A DNA stretch of 64,000 nucleotides from assembly GCA_963796685.1 (NCBI GenBank), contig CAWCMR010000025.1, positions 1,792,001 to 1,856,000 on the forward strand, read 5' to 3'. This stretch comes from an uncultured delta proteobacterium (GTDB lineage: Bacteria > Myxococcota_A > Polyangia > Fen-1088). The position numbers were made by a program, and so were the translations under genes. This document shows positions 52,567 to 64,000 of this stretch, in pieces; the first letter of the stretch is position 1, and the number at the start of each line of letters is the position of its first letter. A model generated the notes under the pieces. It saw only the letters and a program-made list of their open reading frames with translations. It was not told where the DNA came from and made no database searches.

Positions 52567-53382
52567 TCAGCCCTTGCTCTCGGCAGGCCACGCGCGCAGC
52601 CGCACCTTGCCTTCTTCCACGGCGATCTCCAGGCGCACGCGCTGGCAGCGCTGCTCTTCGAGGATCTTGGGAAGCTGCTTGCCCAGACGCCGGCGCAGCT
52701 TTTCCTTCGAAACCGCTTGTGCCTCGATACCGAGCTTGCGGTGCGCCTCCATGTAACTCTGGTACGCGCCCTCGAAATCGCCTTCGGCCAGACCGGTCAA
52801 CCCCGGGACGGCCACGGCAGCGCCATCCGGATTCGGCGCGCGCCGGGCGAAGGCTGGAATGGGCGGGGGCAGAGGGCGAGGGCTTGCCACCGGGGCGGCC
52901 GTCGGTGCGTCCGGACTCGGCACCGCCTGATGCTCGCCCGAGGGTTTCTTGCCGACGCGCTGCTGACGCGCCACGAAGGCCTTGACCCGATTCTTGGGAA
53001 TCCCTAGCGCGACGGCTTCCTCCTCGGTGATCATGCCACCGCGCTCGGCCAGATGGCGTTGCGCCCTGGCCACGTCCCGGCGAAAGGTACCGGCCTCGAT
53101 TTCGCGCATGGTGCGGTTCCAGTAGGTGATCTGCAGCACCCACTTCTGACTCAGGGACTGGAATCGGAAGCGCAGCGATGAATTGCTGATCAGCACTTGC
53201 TGCATCTCCAGCATCATGCGGTTCATGTCCCGGCGGGGCGTGTTGGGTGGCGTGCGCTCCATGCCCATGAAGTAGGATTCGTACAGCGAACGAAGACGAT
53301 CCATCTTCTGCTCCATCTCGCCCAGGCGGGCTTCGATGCCCTCGCGGGTGATCTGGAAGGTGAAGGCTCCGGCCTTTTTCAC
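52567..53382 (-). CDS. MXAN_5187 C-terminal-domain protein
   Basis: LYESYFMG..R.PP, RF..L..KW...YW.R..REIEAG; C-terminal ..V.LEIAVEEGKV.LRA. Confidence 0.7.
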   Translation of the reverse strand: MKKAGAFTFQITREGIEARLGEMEQKMDRLRSLYESYFMGMERTPPNTPRRDMNRMMLEMQQVLISNSSLRFRFQSLSQKWVLQITYWNRTMREIEAGTFRRDVARAQRHLAERGGMITEEEAVALGIPKNRVKAFVARQQRVGKKPSGEHQAVPSPDAPTAAPVASPRPLPPPIPAFARRAPNPDGAAVAVPGLTGLAEGDFEGAYQSYMEAHRKLGIEAQAVSKEKLRRRLGKQLPKILEEQRCQRVRLEIAVEEGKVRLRAWPAESKG

Positions 53383-53538
53383 CCCGAGATCTTACTGCCG
53401 GTGTACGCAGTGGTCCACAAACGACGCGCGGGAGCGCTGACGGAGGCGGTCGCCGAAAAGCACAATTAGAGGATGTTGCCTGTCTCGAACAGCGTGTATT
53501 TTCGCTTGCAGTGGCTCGCGTAGAGCAAGGGAGCGGTC

Positions 53539-54924
53539 ATGACCAGACATCTTGGAGTCGTCGCAGCATTGGCAGTATTCTCCTGTACGGGGCTTGCCTG
53601 TTCGCAAGCCGGTAGCACGGGGGGGCATTCAGGCGGGGCGGGCGGTGGTGCGCAAAGTGGTGGCACCACGGGAAGTGGGGGTGGTGGCGGTAGTGGGGCT
53701 GGTGGAACGACCGGCGCGGGGCTCGGCGGGAGCGGGGGGGCATCCACTCTCACGGGTCAGGGGGGCAGCTCCGTCGGCGGGCAAGGTGGCGCATCGACTG
53801 GCGGCTCGGGAGGCTCCACGAGCCTGGGCAGCGGCGGCGCGGATGCCAGCGGCGGCGCGACTTCAGGCGGCGGCGGGGCCGGCGGAAAGAGCGCTACGGG
53901 CGCGGGCGGCGCGGGCTCCGGCGGGGCCACTGGTCCTGGCGGCAGCGGAACGGGTGGAAAGGGAGCTGGCGGCGTCGGAACCGGCGGCGCAGCGACGGGT
54001 GGCAGCGCGACGGGGGGCAGCGCGACGGGTGGCGCGGGCTCCGGCGGAGCCAGCGGAACCGGAGGCACGACCTCGACCGCGGTGCTTCCCACGACGGTCT
54101 CGAGCACCGGCAGGGATCGCCTCGCGTTCGGCGACGTGGTCTTCGAGGTAGATCCCAAGGTGGGCGCCAGAGTGGCGACTCTGTCCCTGAGCGGGACCAA
54201 CATGATCGCGACGATCTCCGGCACGGACAACACCACCTGGGGTGCCGTGTTCTGGACGAGCCCGCAAAGCGCCTGGGACTCCAACTGGCCCCCGCCCGCG
54301 GCGCTCGACAGCGATCCCTACACCGGCGGCATCTCCGGCAACCATGTGGTGCTCGACAGCGGGTCCTACGCCGCGCTGGGGGTCGGCGTGAGCAAGGACT
54401 TCTCTGCCGACTCCGGCTCGGGCTGGATCACCATCGTCTACACCATCAAGGCGACCAAGGCACTCCAGGCCGCCCCGTGGGAGAACTGCCGAGTCCCGCG
54501 CGGGGGTCTGGCCTTCTTCCCGGCTGGTTCGTCGCTGACCAAGGGCCCACTCACCATGACCGAGACCGCGGGCATGGATTGGTTCGACGACGCATCCAAG
54601 TCGGCGACGAGCGCGAGCGGCGAAAAGGCCATCGCGGACGGATCCGGCGGTTGGTTCGCCTACGCCCTCGGCGGAAATCTCTTTCTGCGAAAGTTCACCA
54701 ACACGCCGGCCAGCGCGCAGGCACCGGGCGAAGGGCAAGACGAGATCTACCCGGGCGCGGGCTTCCTCGAGCTGGAGGTGCAAGGCCCCTACACCTCGAT
54801 TCCGGCCGGCGGTAGCCTGTCGTGGACCGTGGCCTGGCGGATCGCCAAGATCCCAACCTCGGTGACGGTGTCGGCGGGCAGCACCACCTTGGCCGACTTT
54901 GCCAAACAACAAGCCGCTCTCTAG
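53539..54924 (+). CDS. Lipoprotein with long Gly linker and DUF4380-like domain
   Basis: Lipobox GLAC; VDPKVGARV, FWTSPQ..W, ELEVQGPY. Confidence 0.75.
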   Translation: MTRHLGVVAALAVFSCTGLACSQAGSTGGHSGGAGGGAQSGGTTGSGGGGGSGAGGTTGAGLGGSGGASTLTGQGGSSVGGQGGASTGGSGGSTSLGSGGADASGGATSGGGGAGGKSATGAGGAGSGGATGPGGSGTGGKGAGGVGTGGAATGGSATGGSATGGAGSGGASGTGGTTSTAVLPTTVSSTGRDRLAFGDVVFEVDPKVGARVATLSLSGTNMIATISGTDNTTWGAVFWTSPQSAWDSNWPPPAALDSDPYTGGISGNHVVLDSGSYAALGVGVSKDFSADSGSGWITIVYTIKATKALQAAPWENCRVPRGGLAFFPAGSSLTKGPLTMTETAGMDWFDDASKSATSASGEKAIADGSGGWFAYALGGNLFLRKFTNTPASAQAPGEGQDEIYPGAGFLELEVQGPYTSIPAGGSLSWTVAWRIAKIPTSVTVSAGSTTLADFAKQQAAL

Positions 54925-55007
54925 GGCATCAAGCACCCTCCACGCGTTGGTTTGACTTGCGCGTGGTGTGACGAGAGTATGCTATCGTTGGTGCCTTCGG
55001 AATTGCC

Positions 55008-56372
55008 GTGTTTTTGAAGTCCATTCGAGTCGCGATTGTTGCCGCCCTTCTTGCTGGTCTTTCCCTCGCGGGATGCGGAACCTCGGGATCGGGCGGTTCC
55101 GGCGGCACGGGGGGTGGGGCAAGCGTGGGCGGAACGACGGGAACCGGCGGAGCATCGGGCGGTTCCGGCGGAGCTGGAGGATCGCCTGCGTCGAGCGCCG
55201 TCGTACAAACGGGTGGTGTGATGGGTACGGGCGGCAGCAGCACTGGAGGCGCCACGAGCGCGGGTGGGACCACGAGCACGGGCGGCACCACGAGCACGGG
55301 CGGAACCACGAGCACGGGTGGAACCGCGAGCACGGGCGGAACCATGGCCCAGGACGGATCGAAGGCAACGGGCGGCGCGACCTCCAGTGGTGGCGCGACG
55401 CCAACGGGCGGCTCGAACGTCGGCGGAGCAGGCGGCGTGGCTGGCAGCGGCGGTCAGGGCGGCGGCGGGGCAGGGGGAGGGCCGTGCCAGGCCGGAATCC
55501 AGTATCCAGCGCCGGATCTGACTGGCGCTCCGAAGATCGTCTACCAGCCAGCCACAGGCAGCGGCAGCGGAAACTACGAGGGGCCGGTCTGGCTCGCAGA
55601 TCGAGGCGTCTTGCTGATGTCGGACATGACCCTCAACAGCAGCGCCGCGATCGTGCCGGCCCAGATTCTGAAGCTCACCCCTCCGAGCACGGTTCAACCC
55701 TTGGTGACGGATTCCGGGACGAACGGGATGGCGGTCGATCTCGCGGGGAACGTGTTTGCGTGCTCGCACAAGGTGCAGGGAATCGTGAAAGTCGACGTTA
55801 CGGCCGCCACGCTCAGCGTGGTCGTCGACAACTACAACGGCAAGAAGTTCAATTCTCCCAACGACCTCACCGTGCGCTCGGATGGCAGCATCTACTTCAG
55901 CGATCCGGACTATCAGCTCGGCACGGGCCGCACGTCCGAAACCGGCGTGAAGGGGGTGTATCGCGTTTCTCCGTCCGCGCAGGTGTCCCTGGTGGACGAC
56001 ACCTTCAACGAGCCGAACGGGGTGGCGCTCTCACCCGATGAGAGCGTCCTCTACGTGGCCGACACCGTGAAGAACGCGATCCGCACCTTCAGCGTGGCCT
56101 CCGACGGTAGCACGAGCAATCGCAAGGACTTCGTCACGGTCACCTCCCCCGACGGCATGGCCGTGGATTGCGCCGGGAACCTCTACGTGGCCTCCAACAG
56201 CCCCGGAATCGTCCAGGTGTATGCTCCAAACGGGACGAAGCTCGGCAGCATCACCGTCGTGACCAGCCTGACGAATCTCGCCTTCGGCGGCGCGGATCAC
56301 AAGACTCTCTACATCACGGCCGGCAAGGCTCTGTACAGCCTGCCCATGAACTTGCCCGGCTATCCCTACTGA
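55008..56372 (+). CDS. SMP-30/gluconolactonase lipoprotein
   Basis: Lipobox LAGC; EGPVW, NSPND, FSDP, PNG.ALSPD, PDGMAVD..GNLY. Confidence 0.9.
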   Translation: MFLKSIRVAIVAALLAGLSLAGCGTSGSGGSGGTGGGASVGGTTGTGGASGGSGGAGGSPASSAVVQTGGVMGTGGSSTGGATSAGGTTSTGGTTSTGGTTSTGGTASTGGTMAQDGSKATGGATSSGGATPTGGSNVGGAGGVAGSGGQGGGGAGGGPCQAGIQYPAPDLTGAPKIVYQPATGSGSGNYEGPVWLADRGVLLMSDMTLNSSAAIVPAQILKLTPPSTVQPLVTDSGTNGMAVDLAGNVFACSHKVQGIVKVDVTAATLSVVVDNYNGKKFNSPNDLTVRSDGSIYFSDPDYQLGTGRTSETGVKGVYRVSPSAQVSLVDDTFNEPNGVALSPDESVLYVADTVKNAIRTFSVASDGSTSNRKDFVTVTSPDGMAVDCAGNLYVASNSPGIVQVYAPNGTKLGSITVVTSLTNLAFGGADHKTLYITAGKALYSLPMNLPGYPY

Positions 56373-56655
56373 TTGAGGCGAGCAGGCCCCCTGGTGGCCG
56401 CAGCTCCATTGCAGGCGACCCCACAATCCCGCAATAGCCGCAGAAGGTCGTGGCCGTGGCCGAGCAACTCTTCCGCTGTGATGGCCCAGGTTTTTGCCGC
56501 ATGGGTTTGCGACCGGCGCCTTCCGTGACAAAAATGGTAAATCAGGGTTGGTTCCATTCTTTGGTCCGCGAGCGAGCTTCGGCCTGGGGTAAATTCGTCG
56601 TCATGAATCGGAGGCGTACGGCCCAAGGTCCCGCACCCCTGGACGGCAATCGACG

Positions 56656-57543
56656 GTGACCGTTCTCCTCCTCATCTTGCGCGCCTCCGCAAGCATGACA
56701 GGTCGTCTGGCTCCGTATGTGGTGCTGGGTGTGCTGCTCAGCGAAGCGTTGCGCTACACACCCGCTGCCTCGCTCTTGGGCAGAATCTGCCGGCAGCGAC
56801 CGGCCGTGGCCGTGCCACTGTCGGCGCTCTTGGGAATGGCGTCTCCCCTGTGTACCTACGGCACGGTGCCGCTGGTGCTGCACCTGCTGCGCTCTGGCGT
56901 GCCGCTGGCCCCGTTGGCCACGTTTCTTTCCGCCTCGTCGCTCATGAATCCACAGCTTTTTCTCATCACCTGGGGAGGGTTGGGGCCGAAGATGGCCATC
57001 GCGCGGGTGGTGGCGGTGCTCGGCTTCGGGCTCTTGCTCGGAGGGGTGTTGCACATCTTGCCGCCGCGCCTGAGCGTTCAGCCGCTGTTGCGCCAGGACC
57101 ACGAGAAGCACGGGAAACACGGCAGGCACGGCCACCCCTTCAATCTGAAGAAGTTCGCAAGGGACAGTTTCAGGACGCTCGAGTTCGTCGGTTTCTACGT
57201 GCTGCTCGGAGTGCTGATTGGAGCGGCCGTTGAAGTGCTGGTTCCGGCACGATGGATCCTCCTCATCTCCGGCACCGGGGGGTGGGTGCAGATCCTCGTG
57301 GCTGCCCTGTTCGGCCTACCGCTTTACGCGTGTGGCGGCGGCACCATACCCGTCGTGGAGGCGCTGCTGGGGCAGGGCATGGCCCAAGGCGCGGCGCTGG
57401 CTTTCCTGATTGCAGGTCCAGCCACGCGCATCCCGCCCCTGATGGCCTTGGCCACGATCGTTCGGCCGGTGTTGATCGTCGCGTATGTGGTCGTGCTGCT
57501 GGCGTATTCCGTCGCTGCCGGATTGCTCTATGGTGTGATCTAA
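56656..57543 (+). CDS. ArsP_1 (DUF318) permease
   Basis: PLCTYGTVP, FL.ASSLMNP, PLYACGGGTIP, AFLIAGPAT. Confidence 0.85.
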   Translation: MTVLLLILRASASMTGRLAPYVVLGVLLSEALRYTPAASLLGRICRQRPAVAVPLSALLGMASPLCTYGTVPLVLHLLRSGVPLAPLATFLSASSLMNPQLFLITWGGLGPKMAIARVVAVLGFGLLLGGVLHILPPRLSVQPLLRQDHEKHGKHGRHGHPFNLKKFARDSFRTLEFVGFYVLLGVLIGAAVEVLVPARWILLISGTGGWVQILVAALFGLPLYACGGGTIPVVEALLGQGMAQGAALAFLIAGPATRIPPLMALATIVRPVLIVAYVVVLLAYSVAAGLLYGVI

Positions 57544-57705
57544 CCCGGTTGGCCGCGTGCGTTCGACCGGCCGCATTCGCCGCGCGAGGACATTCGCAGG
57601 GCACGTTGCCTGCCTCCTCGCCGACGACCGTGCTAAGAGTCTCCTCCTCATCATCATGGCAGTCACGAAGCGCAACGCACATCGCTCGCCACGCGAGGTT
57701 CGGCC

Positions 57706-59367
57706 ATGACCTTGACCCTGTGGGCGGCTGCCGTGGTTGCGCTGCTGGGCGTGCTGATCTTGGCCCACGAGCTCGGTCACTTCCTGGTGGCCAAGCTCTT
57801 CGGGGTCAAGGTTCTGCGCTTCTCGTTCGGCTTCGGGCCACGATTGTTCGGCTTCACCGCCGGCTCGACGGAGTATCGCCTGTCGCTCTTTCCTCTCGGC
57901 GGTTATCTGCGCCTGCTCGGCGAGGATCCCAGCGAAGCGGTTCCCGAGCACGACTACGAACGGGCGCTGTTCGCCCGGCCGCTGTGGCAGCGCTATGCCA
58001 TCGTGGTGGCGGGTCCGATCTTCAACCTCCTCTTGCCGGTGGGGATCTACTTCGTCCACTACGTTGGCCAAAAGACGCTGCTCTCGCCGACCATCGGCAC
58101 GGTGATTGCCGGTCTGCCCGCGGACAAGGCGGGGCTTCTGCCCGGCGATCGCGTCGAAACGGTGGGCGGCACCTACGTCCGCTACTGGGAAGAGCTGGAA
58201 GAGATCATCGCCGATTCGCCGGGCAAGACCATGCGCTTCGGCATCCGGCGCGGCAACACCTCCGAAGAGCGCGACGTCACCATCGCGACCGACGTGCGCA
58301 AAGGGCCGCTCAATCTCAACGAAACCGTCGGGTGGATTGGTGTCTCGCCGCGCTTCCAGTTGCCCGAGGTCGGCATCATCGATCTGACCTCGCCGGCGGC
58401 GCAGGCCGGTCTGCGAACCTTCGACTACATCGTCTCGGTCAACGGCTCGCCGGTGGCCCATTGGGCCGAATTCGAGCGCGCGGTGGCCCGCGCCGGTGCA
58501 TCCCCGTTGCGTATCACCTATCTGCGCGGCAGCCATTCCGCTGTGCCCTTCGTCCACGTGGAGATTCAAGAGCCGGGCGCCGCGGTGGTCATTCCGCAGG
58601 CCGTGCTGGCACCGACCGGCACGCGACGCTACGAAACCGGCATCCAATCGTCCGAGCTCTTCGTCTATTCGGTCGAGCCCGGCAGCCCCGCGGATCGCAT
58701 CGGGCTGCGCCGCGGGGATCAGCTTCTCGAGCTCGACGGCCAGCCCATCTTGCACTGGAACCTTCTGCGCCAGCGTCTGGCCGCCGAGCCCGAGCGCACC
58801 TTCCGAATCTCGTGGGCCTCGCCGGGTGGGGTTCGTCGCGAAGCCTCATTCAAGCAAGAGCTGCGCTCCGAGCTTGATGCCTACCGCCAGGAAGAGCAAC
58901 GCCTGGTCTTCGGCGCTACGAACCGCTTCGCCTGGAAGACGGCGGATCAGGTACCGGTGCACAATCGCTTCTTCTATGCGCTCGGGCATGCCCTGACGCG
59001 CACCGGGGAAATCGTGACCTTCACGGCGCAGGGATTCTTCCAGATCATTCGCGGCGAGATGTCGCCGCAATCGTTGGGCGGGCCTCTCACCATCGGTTAC
59101 GCCGCGGGCATTGCCGCCGAGCAGGGCCTGGCGCAATACCTGTGGCTCATGGCCTTGCTCAGCATCAACATCGGTCTGCTCAACTTCCTTCCTATCCCCA
59201 TTCTCGACGGTGGCTTGCTCCTCTTCTTCACCATCGAGCTGTTCAAGCGCCGGCCGCCTTCGGCGCGGGCGCGCTCCATCACGACGTACATCGGCGTCGT
59301 GGTCGTGGTCCTGCTGGTGGCCTTCGCACTCAAGAACGATGTCGTCCGATTCTTCCTGCCGCGATGA
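57706..59367 (+). CDS. rseP: RIP metalloprotease RseP
   Basis: HELGH, FSFGFGP, AGPIFN, PDZ repeats, NFLPIPILDGG. Confidence 0.93.
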   Translation: MTLTLWAAAVVALLGVLILAHELGHFLVAKLFGVKVLRFSFGFGPRLFGFTAGSTEYRLSLFPLGGYLRLLGEDPSEAVPEHDYERALFARPLWQRYAIVVAGPIFNLLLPVGIYFVHYVGQKTLLSPTIGTVIAGLPADKAGLLPGDRVETVGGTYVRYWEELEEIIADSPGKTMRFGIRRGNTSEERDVTIATDVRKGPLNLNETVGWIGVSPRFQLPEVGIIDLTSPAAQAGLRTFDYIVSVNGSPVAHWAEFERAVARAGASPLRITYLRGSHSAVPFVHVEIQEPGAAVVIPQAVLAPTGTRRYETGIQSSELFVYSVEPGSPADRIGLRRGDQLLELDGQPILHWNLLRQRLAAEPERTFRISWASPGGVRREASFKQELRSELDAYRQEEQRLVFGATNRFAWKTADQVPVHNRFFYALGHALTRTGEIVTFTAQGFFQIIRGEMSPQSLGGPLTIGYAAGIAAEQGLAQYLWLMALLSINIGLLNFLPIPILDGGLLLFFTIELFKRRPPSARARSITTYIGVVVVVLLVAFALKNDVVRFFLPR

Positions 59368-60101
59368 TGGACTCCGCCTCACGTCCCCTGCTCGCCTTCG
59401 ACACCGCGACGCCCACGGCACGCGTCGCGCTCATCTCGCCCTCCGGCGAGGGCCTCGCATTGCGCGAGAAGATGGCCGCGCGCCACTCCGCCAACCTGCT
59501 CGCCCTGTGCGACGAGATCCTGCGCGAGGCCGCGCTCGGCGTCGGCGATCTTGCCGCCATCGCATGCGGCGCCGGGCCGGGCAGCTTCACCGGATTGCGC
59601 GTGGGGCTGGCCGTCGCCAAAGGCCTGGCCCTTCCCTCGGCGCTGCCGCTTGTCTTGCTGTCGTCTCTCGACGCGCTGGCGTGCGATCTCGGCGCTGCCT
59701 CGCCGAGCGCGCACCTTCTGCTCCCCTGCATCGACGCTGGTAAGGGTCAGGTCTATGCCCGCATGTATGACGTGACGGACGACACCGTCCCGCGTGCCCA
59801 GGGAGAGGTCGATTGGGTGCTCGCACCGGAGGCGCTCTGCGCCCTGGTGGCCGAGCACGCCGCCGGGGGCTCACTCGTCGCCGGGGGAACCGGCGTGGAT
59901 CGCTACGTCGAGGTGTTCCGAGCCTCGCTGGGCGAACGCGCCCTGGCCGCTGCCGTGCCTGGTCCAAGCGCGGCAGCCATCGGGCGCCTGGCCCTGGCGC
60001 GCATCGGCCGCGGCGATTTCGACGATTTGGAGACGGCGGTGCCGCGCTACGGGCGTCCGCCTGACATCACCCGGCCGAAAAAGCCCCTGCTTGTGCCTTA
60101 G
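59364..60101 (+). CDS. tsaB: tRNA t6A modification protein TsaB
   Basis: LAFDTAT, HSANL, GPGSFTGLRVG, IDAGKGQVY, P.Y.R. Confidence 0.92.
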   Translation: MMDSASRPLLAFDTATPTARVALISPSGEGLALREKMAARHSANLLALCDEILREAALGVGDLAAIACGAGPGSFTGLRVGLAVAKGLALPSALPLVLLSSLDALACDLGAASPSAHLLLPCIDAGKGQVYARMYDVTDDTVPRAQGEVDWVLAPEALCALVAEHAAGGSLVAGGTGVDRYVEVFRASLGERALAAAVPGPSAAAIGRLALARIGRGDFDDLETAVPRYGRPPDITRPKKPLLVP

Positions 60102-60256
60102 GTCCTGAACAAGGCCGTGGCCACGGTGACGTGTACGGCCACGACCACCTTTCGTCGCCCTGCCAGACGAGAGGCTTAGCCTTGGAATGGGGCCTTTAGC
60201 CCGGCGCCTCGCGACGTCGCTGAGCTTGTTGCGGGATTACGGATCGCGCGGCCGGG

Positions 60257-60285
60257 TTGACTCCTCCGCACGGGACGCATACGAT
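60257..60285 (+). promoter_or_regulatory. Sigma-70-type promoter
   Basis: TTGACT-N17-TACGAT, 11 nt before ATG 60297. Confidence 0.7.
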
Positions 60286-60296
60286 CCATCGTCTCG

Positions 60297-60470
60297 ATGA
60301 CCGAAATCGATGCGTTGAAGCAGCGTCATAGGGAGCTGGAGGAAGCGCTTGCTCTGATCGATGCGCACCTTTCGCTGACCACCAAGGAACAGGCCGAACG
60401 TGTCAAGCTCAAGAAAGAAAAGCTTGCCATCAAGGATCGACTTCAGATTCTGCAAGCGAAGTCCTCTTGA
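60297..60470 (+). CDS. DUF465/YdcH-family small protein (57 aa, absent from ORF track)
   Basis: MTEIDALKQRHRELEEAL...LKKEKLAIKDRL. Confidence 0.85.
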   Translation: MTEIDALKQRHRELEEALALIDAHLSLTTKEQAERVKLKKEKLAIKDRLQILQAKSS

Positions 60471-60580
60471 TGTGGGTCCACGTCGGTTTCTCCATGCGCC
60501 AGCGACGCAGCTCACAATGTCTTGCACGTCTGGCGCGCCGAGTTCCCACCAACCGGTCAGGGAGTGTTACTAACTCTGTC

Positions 60581-62712
<2,132 letters not shown>

Positions 62713-62733
62713 CCTTGACTAGGAACACAGATG

Positions 62734-62786
62734 CTCACCCGCCTCGCTGCGCTCGGCGACCTCTCCCCGCTACGCGGGGCGAGGTG
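62734..62786 (+). repeat. REP-like hairpin (IS110 target)
   Basis: CTCACCCGCCTCGCTGCGCTCGGCGACCTCTCCCCGCTACGCGGGGCGAGGTG; its 5' GCCC lies on the other side of the IS. Confidence 0.75.
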
Positions 62787-62943
62787 TTTTCAGGTCAGGG
62801 TTTCCATGTCAACCGTCTGAAAAGATCGAGATCTCGGTTGAATTGGCACGTGTGCAGGACTACTCTGCCCTCGTCCGTGCCGTCGCATTCGTGAAAGAAA
62901 GAACAGCCGGATTCACGCGGAGATCTCCCCAGGAGTTGGCACC

Positions 62944-63951
62944 ATGAGCACGTTCATCGAGCAGATCCACGAGAAGGCGAAACAGAGCCCCAAGAAAGTG
63001 GTTCTCCAAGAGGGCGAAGACGTTCGCGTGATCGAGGCGGCGGGCAAGGCCACCAAGCTTGGCATCGCCGAAATGACCATCCTTGGCGACCCGGCGAAGA
63101 TCAAGGCGACCGCGGCGGGGGCCTCGGTTTCGCTCGACAAGGTGAACGTGGTCGACATGACCCAGGCACCGAACCTCGACGACTACGCTGCAACATACTT
63201 CGAGTTGCGCAAGGCCAAGGGCATGACCGAGCCCGAGGCGATGAAGACCATGAAAGACCCCTTGTTCTACGGCGCCATGATGGTGCGCAAGGGAGTCGTC
63301 GACAGCTTCGTCGGCGGTGCGACCTACACCACGGCCGACGTCTGCCGGGCGAGTATTCAGATTGTCGGCATGCAGCCCGGGCTCAAGACCCTGTCCAGCT
63401 TCTTCGCCATGATCCTTCCCGACAAGTCGTTCGGCAAAGACGGCGTTCTCTTCTACGGCGACGGCGGCGTGGTCATCGATCCCACGGTCGATCAGTTGGC
63501 GGACATCGCCATCGCGACGGCCGACAGCTTCGCCAGCTTGGTGGGTGAAGCCCCCCGCGTGGCCATGCTCTCGTGCTCGACCAAGGGCAGCGCCAAGCAC
63601 CCGCGCGTGGACAAGGTCCTCGCCGCCATGGCCCAGGCGCAAAAGCGCCGCCCCGATCTCGTCATCGACGGCGAGCTCCAGGGCGATGCTGCCCTGATTC
63701 CCTCGGTGGGCGAGCGCAAGGCCAAGGGCTCGCCGGTTGCTGGCAAGGCCAACGTGCTCATCTTCCCGGACCTGGACTCCGGCAACATCGGCTACAAGCT
63801 GACCGAACGGCTGGCCAAGGCCCAGGCCCTGGGTCCGGTTCTGCAAGGCATGGCCAAGCCGTCGTCGGATCTGTCGCGCGGCTGCAACGCAACCGACATC
63901 CTCAACGTCATCGCCATCAACGTGGTTCGCCTGCAATTCGCGCAGAAGTAG
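62944..63951 (+). CDS. pta: Phosphate acetyltransferase
   Basis: VVLQEGED.RV, SSFF.M, VAMLS.STKGS, IDGELQ.DAA, FPDLDSGNIGYK, DLSRG. Confidence 0.95.
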   Translation: MSTFIEQIHEKAKQSPKKVVLQEGEDVRVIEAAGKATKLGIAEMTILGDPAKIKATAAGASVSLDKVNVVDMTQAPNLDDYAATYFELRKAKGMTEPEAMKTMKDPLFYGAMMVRKGVVDSFVGGATYTTADVCRASIQIVGMQPGLKTLSSFFAMILPDKSFGKDGVLFYGDGGVVIDPTVDQLADIAIATADSFASLVGEAPRVAMLSCSTKGSAKHPRVDKVLAAMAQAQKRRPDLVIDGELQGDAALIPSVGERKAKGSPVAGKANVLIFPDLDSGNIGYKLTERLAKAQALGPVLQGMAKPSSDLSRGCNATDILNVIAINVVRLQFAQK

Positions 63952-63967
63952 TCCGGAGGCGCGAACC

Positions 63968-64000
63968 ATGCGGATCCTGGTTGTCAATTGCGGTAGCTCG
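63968..64000 (+). CDS. ackA: Acetate kinase, 5' end (truncated by window)
   Basis: GGAGG RBS; MRILVVNCGSS directly after pta. Confidence 0.85.
   Translation, partial: MRILVVNCGSS

Overview
GC-rich chromosomal window, most consistent with a myxobacterium (Myxococcota, Polyangia-like). This is inferred from an MXAN_5187-type protein, a large eukaryotic-like Ser/Thr kinase and many Gly/Ser/Thr-linker lipoproteins. Housekeeping blocks: rmlBACD, pepT, larE, rseP-tsaB, pta-ackA, a tolC-mdtABC RND efflux operon and an ECF41 sigma/AhpD pair. These are mixed with surface-tethered glycan enzymes (GH12-like, GH128, GH44, gluconolactonase, CBM-like), crtE-crtB, a vapBC module, several decayed genes and three IS elements (partial ISL3, IS4, IS110). 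The best-supported non-obvious signal is a complete IS110 element (61481-62735) whose ends, CT core, circle-junction promoter and bridge-RNA target/donor guide loops can all be read from the sequence; it is inserted into a REP-like hairpin that its own guides specify. Also notable: a perfect 80-bp structured tandem array with covarying relatives elsewhere in the window, a second 69-bp structured dispersed repeat, a GH12-like domain lacking the canonical nucleophile Glu, and a four-His membrane protein paired with a cytochrome c lipoprotein. All family assignments come from motif recognition by eye; no searches were run.
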